A stretch of DNA of 64,000 nt, taken from positions 56,358,001 through 56,422,000 of the forward strand of contig OX597833.1 in NCBI GenBank assembly GCA_951406725.2, written 5' to 3'. Source of the stretch: Octopus vulgaris (lineage: Eukaryota). The first letter of the stretch is position 1. Each line of letters starts with the position of its first letter. Shown piece by piece: positions 40,088 to 52,000 of the stretch. Below the pieces are notes generated by a model. It saw only the letters and a program-made list of their open reading frames with translations, ran no database searches and was not told the origin of the DNA. The position numbers and the translations under genes are program-made.

Positions 40088-43000
40088 ATGGTCCCAATTA
40101 TACCACTGCCAACCAAAAACTAACATAACTTCTATCACAATAACACTTTTTTGCGATCAGGAACAGAATTATTTTCCTAAATGGAATAGATATAACTAGC
40201 ACTATGACCTGGCAACGCTGGGTCATAGTGCTAGTGCATGCATATACAGCTGCGTGCATGTGCACATACACCCGAGTACTGTCCAAATCTCCGACCAATC
40301 ACATACAGCTAGCTGGCATTCAATTGCCGTATCAAGTTTCGGGCATTTTGATTGGATTTTGGATAGAAAATTCACAAAAAGTCACTTCTATTGATTTTTT
40401 AATGGCTTTGCAGGGTGACTGGGGAAATGTAAAGATGTGCACGACCACCCTTGGATGGTTTTGAATGACCATAGAAAGTACGAGCCCTCTAACTGAAAAA
40501 TTGTGGATTTGTAAAGAACACACACGCAGACATTTTGCCATTTATATATATAGAGATAAGTAGAATTTTGTTTTAGTAATATTTTGGTTCCTTTTTGGTA
40601 ACTGTAGGCTACAGATTGATTGAACACATCTTTATAGTCAGTACCCTAGTATCTTAACTACACAATCACTGTACCATACAAACAGTTACCAAAGCTAATT
40701 TATGTAATGACTTGTAATTCAGTCACAAAGTCTTAAGAAATGACATAAAAAAAAAAGACTTACCAAAGTTAAAAGAACAGTTATAAGGTTCCGTGAAAGA
40801 TTCCTTCCAAGACTTGAACATGGCTTCAAACCCTTCAGCTGGACCTACAAAAACGGAAATATTAAAGTGGCAGCCAGGAGGCGAATTATAGCCGTATGAG
40901 TATGTATCTGTGTGTATATGTATGTGTGTATATATGTTTATGGTAAATGCATGCATGTTATGTATATATAAGATGTATTCCAGAAGTTTTGAGACTTTTT
41001 CAGGAGAGACATTTATTAATTTCAAAGAAATACTGCTGTGGAAGAAACCTGACCACCCCCATGAGACTGAAAGTGGACTGACATATTTCAATAAAACAAA
41101 GAAACTGTATGAACTGTGGGCAGTTGACAGTCAATAGTCGACAACGAGCAATTGACAGTCAATAGTTGACAATGAGTAGTTGACAATGAGCAGTTGACAG
41201 TCAATAGTCGACAATGAGCAGTTGACAGTCAATAGTTGGCAATGAGCAGTTGACAGTCAATAGTTGGCAATGAGCAGTTGACAGTCAATAGTTGACAATG
41301 AGCAGTTGACAGTCAATAGTTGACAATGAGTAGTTGACAGCATTGATCATTCATATTGGATTGCTGTGTTAGTTTAATATCATATCTACATTTGGCACAG
41401 TACGGAGTATGTTCTGTGTGAACATATTAATTCTGCGAAAGGCTATTCTAGATAACCATATCCAAATATATATTTGGATAATACTATTCCTATACCCTTG
41501 TACACACCCCAACATTGTCATAACATTATTGGTGACGAGATATCCAAATCCCTGAAGACATAACAAATACAAATCTCTAATCTCCTTCAAAGTGAGATCC
41601 TCTAACTTCAGTGCACTTGTTGCAGTGTTCCACCTGCTTTGTGAAAGCTTCCATGGATGTCCTCCACAGTGAAGGTGTACAGGACCCTTGTCACAGCCTC
41701 CTTCAGCTTGGGGAACAACCAAAAGCCACAGAGAGCAAGGTTTGGACTGTAGGGAGGGTGAAGGACAGTCAAGTAGTTGGTTAGAATTGTGAACAAGTGC
41801 AGGTGCTCTGGCCTTTTACTCTTTTACTTGTATCAGTCATTTGACTGTGCCATGCTGGAGTACTGCCTTTAGTCGAGCAAATGAACCCCAGGACTTATTC
41901 TTTGTAAGCCTAGTACTTATTCTATCGGTCCCTTTTGCTGAACTGCTAAGTGCCTAAAGGACACACTGCTTCTTTTAAAAATTGTTTTAGCCAGGTAAAA
42001 AAGGCAGTGCCCATGACCCTTTACAAAGCCTGCAAAATATTCAAAAGCCGCTGGAGGCAAAGATAGTTTTAATAAATCAAAAGCTTATGATGTATGGTAT
42101 CTGACATATCTATTCGAGCGTGATTGTTACCAGCGTCGCCTTACTGGCACTTCTGCTGGTGGCACGTGAAAAAACATTCAAGTGAGGTTGTTGCCACTAT
42201 GGCTGGACTGGCTCCTGTGCAGGTGGGACGTAAAAATCACCATTTGAGCGTGGCTGTTGCCAGTACCGCGTGACTGGCCCTTGTGTCGGTGGCATGTAAA
42301 AGCACCCACTACACTCTCGGAGTCATTGGCGTTAGGAAGAGTGTTAGGACGGTGCTAAGAGCACCATCTGAGCGTGATCATGGACAGAGCAGCTAACTGG
42401 CTTCTGTGCCGGTGGCACATAAAAGGCACCATTCGAACATGATTGTTACCAGCGTCACCTTACTGGCACGTGAAAAAACATTCGACCGAGGTCGTTGCCA
42501 GTACCGCCTGACTGGCCCCCATGCCGGTGGCACGTAAAAGCACCCACTACACTCTCGGAGTGGTTGGTGTTAGGAAGGACATCCAGCTGTAGAAACTCTG
42601 CCAGATCAAGATTGGAGCCTGGTGCAGCCATCTGGTTCGCCACTCCTCAGTCAAATCGTCCAACCCATGCTAGCATGGAAAGTGGACGTTAAACGATGAT
42701 GATGATGATATATTTATATATGTTGGTCAAATAAATGCCACTGGCCATTCTGAGCTGTTTCTTTGTTTACATTATACTGAAGCTACTTACCTATTCTGTC
42801 CTCTTCGTTATCGACATTCGGTTGATTCTCAGGTGAGGAACTGGTCTTTCTGCCATACAGCAGTTTTTGGATTGTCGAATCTGAAGCATGGCCATGAATG
42901 TTCCTCTGCTTGAAGCGGGCCCTCTTGCTGGCATCGTCGTCTGTTGGCTCAGATTCCGTTGTTGCGGACATTGTGCTGGACATTTTGTTGTGTGTCTTCA

Positions 43001-43806
43001 CTTTTGGAAGCTGGGCTGATCGGAAGAGAAGAAACAAAAACAGGGGTAGAAAAGGGACATTGTTATAAACCATACATCAATGGAGAAGTCATAGACTGGC
43101 TATGGACTTGTCCTTTCCTCTCTGGAACAGTAGAAACAATAAAAAAAATTTTTTTAAAAAGCTCAAAAGCTTGAATGGCGGTGCCCCAGCATGGCCACAG
43201 CTCGTGAGCTGAAACTAGATGAAAATGAAATTGAAAAATGCAACATAAGAGGACGCGTCTTATTTACTCATTTACTTGTTTTAGTCATTTGACTGCGGCC
43301 ATGCTGGAGCACCACCTTTAGTTGAGCAAATTGACCCCGGGACTTATTCTTTGTAAGCCTAGTACTTATTCTATTGGTCTCTTTTGCTGAACCGCTAAGT
43401 TACAAGGACGTAAACACACCAGCATCAGTTGTCAAGCGATGTCGGGGGTAGACACACAAACACACACATATATATATACATACATATACATAAATACGAC
43501 AGGCTTCTTTCAGTTTCCATTAACCAAATCCACTCACAAGGCTTTGGTCGGCCTGAGGCTATAGCAGAAAACACTTTCCCATAGTGCCACGCAGTGGGAC
43601 TAAACCCGGAACCATGTGGTTGGAAAGTAAGCTTCTTACCACACAGCCACGCTATACTTAATATTTAATGTCTTATCATTACCCTCTTGTAATTGATGTG
43701 CATCTTCAAAAAAATCTTTTGTAAATGTACATGTGTGTGTATGCGAGTGTGCAGTTATGTAAATTAGAACAAACAAATATCTTAAGGTACACAGCCAAAC
43801 ACCAAG

Positions 43807-43837
<31 letters not shown>

Positions 43838-46005
43838 GATGTGTGTGTGTATGTGTGTGTGTATGTGTATGTGTGTGTATGTGTGTGTATGTATGTGTGT
43901 GTGTGTATGTGTATGTGTGTGTGTGTCTTACCAACCACTCGATAAGGGTGGTGTTTTGTAGCAGTGTGACAAGAGACTGATAAAATAAGTACCAGACTTT
44001 AAAAAATAAGTATGGGATCAGGTTGTTTGACTGAAGCCAACAAGGCAGTGCTCCAGCTGAGCCACAGTCCACAGACTGAAGCAAGTAAAAAAAAAAAAAA
44101 GTAAAGTAAAATAAAAAAGTAAAGAAAAAAAAAGGTTTGTGAAACACTCACATGATAAACTGGAGCTGACAACCGGGAGGTCATCGGACAGGAAAACTCC
44201 GCTCTTCCGTCGAATGGAGAAATCTTTCATGTCAGTTTCCTGAGCATACAGATCTTTGGGTTGCTTCAAGACGGGAAGTTCAAATTCATAGTAACCGTGT
44301 CCAATGAGAGCTGGTGAGATGAAAATGCCTGAATGTCTGTAGTTCAATGTTGATTCGGATGACTCCTGGGTGACAGACTGGTTTGGAACCTTTTTCTTTC
44401 TGTGAACAACCAAGTCAGTGGGGGACGCGTCGTACGTCTGTTGGTGGATGCCCTGACTGTCCACACTCTTTCTTCGATGGACGACTTGTGTCTCGGGAAG
44501 GAAGCCATAATTTTCCTTTGATACCGACTGATTCTCAACCCATTTTCTATGAGGGATCACAACATCACCTCTCGAGATAGCTGCGCTTTCATTGGATACG
44601 CACTGATCCGTCACTTGTTTTCTACGTGGTATTACTGTATCTCCTCCGGAGGTAGCTGAACTCTCCTTAGACACAAATTGATCGTCTACTTGCTTTTTAT
44701 GTGGGATTACTACCTCTCCTCCAGAGGTAGTCGAGCTTTCTTTGGATACAGACTGATCCTCCACCTGTTTTTTGTGGGGGATTATCGTATCTCCTCCGGA
44801 GGTAGTTGAGCTCTCCTTAGATACAGACTGATCCTCCACCTGTTTTTTATGCGGAATTATTACATCTCCTCCAGACATAGGAGCACTCTCTTTAGATACA
44901 GACTGATCCTCCACCTGTTTTTTGTGTGGGATTATCGTATCTCCTCCGGAGGTAGGAGCACTCTCTTTAGATATAGACTGATTCTCCACCTGTTTCCTAT
45001 GTAAAGTCACCTGATCAACTTCAGGGGTAGCAGAACTCTCCTTGGTGATTGAATGGCCTTCAACTTGCTTTCTATGGGAAACCAGTGGCTGTTCTTCGGG
45101 CGGAGAAATAGGCTTGCTTGCTGTCGGAGTTTGTTGATCAACAGATTTGATTCCGGAATCTGTATTCGTTGAGTCTGTTTTCCGTTTCACTGTTTTAAAG
45201 CTATTGGGATAGATCAACTGGTCCCCAGCTTCAGGCTTTTGAGGAAATTGGACACCAGCTGTCTTTTGTTTAGTGACTGTGTCACCAGACTCACCAGAAC
45301 CAAGGGGAATATCTGCAAATACAATAATATATATAAATACACACAATGTATATATGTATTTACGTAAATATACATACATACATAAACTGCAAGGACATGC
45401 CCTCCAACTCAAATTAAAACTTTAGATATTAATTTTTACATATAAAATTAAATGACTTTTTTTTAAAGTCATTAAAAAAGATGTTAATTTAATGACTGAA
45501 ATTCAGAGAAAAGCAAATAATTTCATGTTAAACACTATTTCCCTGTGTTTTTCAATCTGAATACATACACATGTGTGTGTGTGTCAGTGTGTGTGTATAC
45601 TAACATATTCATACCAAGGTGTGATGCTTAGAATGGCACTCAATGTCTCCTGGAAGAGTCATACAACAAATGCCGACATATCAGGAACTACCAAAAGTAA
45701 CATTGAAGATACAGCATAGAAGGGTGAGACTAGCTGGACACAACGATGAAACTGCTAACAAGCTAGTGCTCTGGAATCCAATGGAAAGAAGATGACCTAT
45801 ATTGACAACTTGCTGGAGAATACTGGTATGGAAGGGATACAGGAGGTGAGGAGCATTATGGAAGATCGAGATGAATGGGGAAAATGTTTGGAAACAGTCT
45901 TGGGGTGCCCAGAGAGACGGCCTAGATAGATAGATAGATGTGTGTGCGTGTGTGTGTGTATTCGTATATATCACGCCTTATCATATTTATCTATATCACT
46001 ATCTC

Positions 46006-46043
<38 letters not shown>

Positions 46044-49000
46044 AATAAATGAAAGAATGGAGTTGAACGACAAATTAACAAAATTCCTTTATTTTATTTT
46101 CGACATATGTTTCGAAGGCTGCATATTCCTAATTTCGAAGGAATAAGGGGTGCATTATGCCGCCTTCTCATCAGGAAAAAACAAGGAACTTATGTTAGCA
46201 TCAAGATGCACAAAAACTTTTAGATGACTGCCCACCATTTTTGACGTCACTGCTTATAACGGAATATTTTAAAGAAACACTCATTATCGCTATGGGCTCC
46301 GTGTGGGCAGTCATCTAAAAGTTTTTGTGCATCTTGATGCTAACATAAGTTCCTTGTTTTTTCCTGATGAGAAGGCGGCATAATGCACCCCTTATTCCTT
46401 CGAAATTAGGAATATGCAGCCTTCGAAGCATATGTCGAAAATAAAATAAAGGAATTTTGTTAATTCGTCGTTCAACTCCATTCTTTCATTTATTTGTATT
46501 TAAAAAAACACACAAATTTCCACACGATAGCACGTGATCTCTGCCCTAGGCATGTAGCTTCAACCGTGTTTTTCTGACGTGAATTTGCTACCCAGGTATC
46601 GGTTAACCGAATTATCCATAATAAGATAATTCATTCAACTACTCAATTATATATATATATATATACACACACACAGAGTTGAAACACTTCTGTCACAACC
46701 TGGGACCTTGAAGACTGCTTTAATGCAAGAAAGTATACTAGTCCCTTAATATTTGATATTCAATATTTCATCTATTCAATAAGACAATCAATACTTCATT
46801 TCATTTTCCTATATATATACTATTTATACTATATATTCTATATTCTACATTAATATTATAAAGAATATAAATAAAACATAAAAAACAGACATAGATGGAA
46901 TTTCTTTGAATAATATATATCCCTCTATACACAATCATACAAACCCCTCTTTATATCTGTGTGTGTGTGTGTGTGTGTGTGCGTGCGTGCGTGCAAATAT
47001 ATGACGTATAAAATTTTCTCTAAATTTGTATGTTGTTAGGAAAAGATATTTCCTCATTTCAAACATAGTCATTCTTTGGAGAAAGAGAAAAGACTTTTTG
47101 TGTCCTTAGTCCATCAAAATGTGGAAGTAAGGAAGAATTAGTATTTGTAAATGTGTAGGAGGAAAGTAATAGGGCAGAGAGAAAGGAAGAGAAATTAGAA
47201 GAGAGCAAGGCTGGGGGTGAAGAGAGAACATGAACAAAAATGAAGGGGTTTGGGGGTCAGTAGGTTTGTTAACAACTTCATTCAATAATAATAATATACG
47301 CATTCATACACATCTGTACAAATATTTGAAAATTAAACTGTTGCCCCACATATTCTCACAAACACACACGCGTGCATGTATATATATATTTACATACTCT
47401 CACTTTTTACTCTTTTACTTGTTTCAGTCATTTGACTGCAGCCATGCTGGAGCAACGCCTTTAGTCGAGCGACTCGACCCCACGACTTATTCTTTTGTAA
47501 GCCCAGTACTTATTCTATCGGTCTCTTTTGCCGAACCGCTAAGTAACGGGGACATAAACACACCAGCATCGGTTGTCAAGCAATGCTAGGGGGACAAACA
47601 CAGACACACACATGCATATATATATATATATATACATGACAGGCTTCTTTTCAGTTTCCGTCTACCAAATCCACTCACAAGGCTTTGGTCGGCCCGAGGC
47701 TATAGTAGAAGACACTTGCCCAAGGTGTCACGCAGAGGGACTGAACCCGGAACCATGTGGTTGGTAAACAAGCTACTTACCACACAGCCACTCCTGCGCC
47801 TATATATAACATCAAATAGTAATCTTGTGATAAACAACAGAGGTGTGAGTGTGTATATGCTTAGTATATATATGTATTTACACACATGAACATATCTATG
47901 TATTCATGCATATGAAGCTACGCTCATGCATATTTGAGTGCAAACAGGCTCACACAATCTGTGCATCTCTTTACACAAACACAACCATTATATAGGTACA
48001 CATACACACACACATATATACATGTACGCTTAACACTGCACAAATGCATAAATATAGGCATTACATTGTTATACAAATCAACAACCTCTCACGTCAATCT
48101 ATAGACTTTCACTCTTCTAAGATGTGATGAAATAAATAACTGTATTTCTAAAAAGATGTGTAACTTTATGTCCTAGTTAGAAATGACTATATTTTAATAG
48201 AGTTAAATTATTAACCCTTTCATTACCAACCCGGCCGAAACCGCTTCTGGCTCTGTAGTACAAATGTCTTGTTTTCATAAGCTTTGAATTAAAATCTTCC
48301 ACCAAACCTTAGTCACAATTTATGTTCCTAACACTAGCTTTATGATAACTAAGTTATTTTACTAAATTCTTTGTTATATTTAAGATTAATTGAAAGAAAC
48401 ACAGAGCATCTCCAAATAAATACAGTAACGAATAGATTAAATATATAATAGAGAAACAATTCTTAACCCTTTTAATACCAACCCAGCTGAAACCACTTCT
48501 GGCCCTGTAGTACAAATGTCTTGTTTTTATAAGTTTTGAATTAAAATCTTCCACCAAACCTTAGTCACAATTTACGTTCCTAACACTAGCTTAATGATAA
48601 CGAAGTTATTTTACTAAATTCTTTGTTATATTTAAAGTAATTGAAAGAAACACAGAGCATCTCAAAAGAAATACAGTAATGAAAGGGTTAACATGCAGGC
48701 TTCAAATATAGAAATTAAAGACAAAATGACCTTTTACAACTCCATCTACAGAAGAAATACCCTTTTTGGCCCAAGAAGGTAGTTTCTCTTCAGACAGTAC
48801 TTTAGCAATGGGAAGTGACGGAGAATCTTCTTTTTCTTCCTCTCTGTCAGCATCATCAACAATGGTCATTAGGGGTTTGCTGTCACCATGTCTGGCCCAA
48901 GATGGAAGATTAGGGTCAACATCACGAAGTTCTGCTTCCTGGCCTGTACGCGCAGTAGTTAAGGCAGATTTGGCCCACTGTGGGAGATTAGGGTCCAGTT

Positions 49001-52000
49001 CTTGTGGCAGTATTGCAATGCCATCTACGTTGTCATCCTACAAATACATCAACAACAAAAATAAACAAAAACCATTCAAGAGTAACTGAAACAAGATCTT
49101 TCTTAACCAATGCAAAATTCCTATCTTAATAGTCTAGAGTAGATGAACATTTTTGTCTTAATTATTTTAATGGCTGGCGACAAATATCCTGCACATTGAA
49201 AGCTAAGCCAAAAATGTTTTGATATAGAAATTGGTAAATTATAGAAAGATCTCCTCAGTGACCAAAGGGCGAATCTACCAGGCCATCGTTCGTACTATCC
49301 TCCTCTATGGTTGTGAAGCATGGCCTATGAGGGTAGTCGATCAGCGAAGGCCGGAGGTGTTTGACAATGACTGTCTCCGCCACATTCTTCGCTGCCGATG
49401 CATTGATCGGGTTCCTACAGCCGGTCTTTGTCATTGCCTGAATCTCCAGCCCCTCCCTTCGGTGCTTCTACAACGACACTTAAGGTGGTTCGGTCATGCG
49501 GCCCGGCGTCCAGAGGGTGAGCTGATTTGCGATGTCCTCCTCCCACCTCCACCTCCCAACTGGCGCAAATGCACGGGCGGGCAGCTGAAGTCCTGGGCAA
49601 TGACGATAAAGGAGGACCTCGCCGAACTCTCAGGTCCACAGGTGGTCGGTCTGTGCAGAGGGAACTGCAAATGGCTCGCTATCTCCAGTGACCTCGCACA
49701 GGACCGTCGAGCATGGGCCGCTATGGTTTGTGATGCCGTTAAGATCAGAGAAGAAGCCAGCTCAACCCGCCCTGGGTGAATACCGTCACAAGTTATAGTT
49801 GCAGGAGTAGCTGTATAGTAAGAAGTTTACTTCCCAACCACAAGGTTCCAGATTCAGTCACACTGTGTGACACTTTGGGCAAGTGTCTTCTACTATAGCC
49901 TTGGTCCAACCAAAGCCTTGTGAGTGGATTTGTAGACGGAAACTGAAAGAAGCCCATCATGTGTGTGCGTAATGACATGACTGAGCAGGCTATCAGATGT
50001 TGGTATACATTGTTGGTCACAATGCGTTTTGCATTGTTTTAGCCTTCAAATGATGCCACCCCAATGATGAATATTTGAAAATGTCTACTTTTACAATTGA
50101 AAATCGAAATCGATCAACATCAATGGAAATTGCAGCTGTGATACCAGTGCCCGTGGCACGTAAGAGAACCATCTGAACGTGGCCATTGCCAGCGCAGCCC
50201 CGACTGGCCTCGTGCCGGTGGCACGTAAAAGGCACCATGCGTTCGTGGCCGTTTGCCAGCCTCACCTGGCCCCCGTGCTGGTGACACGTAAAAAGCACCA
50301 TCCGATTGTGGCCGTTTGCCAGCCTCGTCTGGCACCTGTGCCGATGGCACGTAAAAAACACCCACTACACTCATTAGGAAGGGCATCCAGCCGTAGAAAC
50401 ATTGCCAGATCAGACTGGAGCCTGGTGCAGCCTTCTGGCTTCCCAAACCCCAGTTGAACCGTTGTACCCATGCTAGCATGGAAAGCGGATGCTAAACGAT
50501 GATGATGATGATGATGATGATGACTGCTTTGACAAACCTTTGTTTGCTTTGACTTCCATTCTTCCATTATAGCTTTCCATTTACGTTCTTCTGCCTTCAA
50601 AAATTCCGTCCGCTGATCATTCAACCGTGCTCGCCGTACATTCCACAGGGCCTTCTCTTCCCTCAGTGCAGCCTGTTCACTCAGGTCAGCATAATGACGC
50701 TTGATTTTCTCTCTGTAATTAAACAAATTAAAAAAGTGAGAACCAGCTCATGTGTTCGGCTTATTTGAGGAATTTCTCACATTATGTTCAAAAATAGGTG
50801 GAGGCATGGCTGTGTAGTTAAGAAGCCTGCTGTGGTTTCAGGTTCAGTCCCACTGCATGCCTCCTTGGGCAAGTGTTTTCTACTATAGCTCCAAGCTAAA
50901 CAATGCCTTGCAAGTAAGCTTGGTACATGGAAACTGAGTAGAATCCCAATGTGTACATGTGTCTTCCTGCCTGTGTTTGTTTCCCCACTGCTGGTTAACA
51001 ACAGATGCTGGTTAGTTTACATCCCTGTAATTTAGGGGTTCCGCAAAAGAAGTCGAAGAATAAGTAGCAGACTTTGATGGCTGTTGATAACAGAAGAGGT
51101 AATTGCAATGGTGGTGGTGATGGCGATGATAATGTTGTTGTTGTTGGTGGTGGTGGTTAAGTTGTAATGACAAAGAGGAAGCGGTGGTGAGATAATGGAG
51201 GCAATGGCTAACGATGGTGATAACTGATATTGATGGTGGTAGTGAAGGGAAAGAGGGCAGGTTGTTGTAATTAAACTCATGCAGAACATAGAAACATTCC
51301 ACTCACTTGATTTCAGCTTCCATCTCGGCCTTTGCCTTCATGAGAGACTGTTCTTTTTCGGACAACTCATCAGCTTTCTTCCTCATCTCTTTCTCTTTCA
51401 GCTTTCTCTATAAAATACGGAAGAAAATAAAGGTAATTCCAATTCTACAAAACCTCAGGATATTGACTTTAAACCATGGCTTGGACAGTCACTACATGGC
51501 TTCTCTCCCAAACATATCACATACGCACACATTATATATATATATACCAGCAGTATCGCCCGGCGTTGCTCGGGTTTGTAAGGGAAATAACTATATAAGC
51601 ATTTTTAGAGTTATAGCCAAAAAATAGCAAAAAAATGCATTAAAAATGGGAAAAAAATGATGGTAATTTTTTTTTTAAATCGTTGACTCATCGTAGACAT
51701 TTTTAGAGAGTTACTTCCCTTATATAATAGCGAAAAAAATGCATTAAAATGGAAAAAAAATGATGGTAAATTTTTTTTAAAATCGTAGACTCATCGTAGA
51801 CGCGCGCTAATACCCAGAAGGGCTCGATATGAATCACGACTATAAGATACCTGGTTTTGGTTAAACTGCACCGCAAAATGTGCGAGTAGTTAGGAATCTA
51901 AATTGTAGGAGACAGACACACAACTTGACTTTTATATATAAAGATATATATATATATATATATATTTTACGGAGATGTACTTGCATAGCGAGTGACTTGA

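Larger units (their letters stand above)
46041..46648. mobile_element. Penelope-like pLTR with inverted partial copy, inserted in (TA)n
   Basis: Arms 46041-46235 and 46303-46497 are near-perfect; the right arm continues to about 46648; (TA)n on both flanks. Confidence 0.75.

Noticed and set aside
44018-45412. Stand-alone 464-aa gene from the ORF track
   Set aside because: The ends are intronic low-complexity sequence; splice sites at 45312 and 44152 place it in frame within TUBGCP6.
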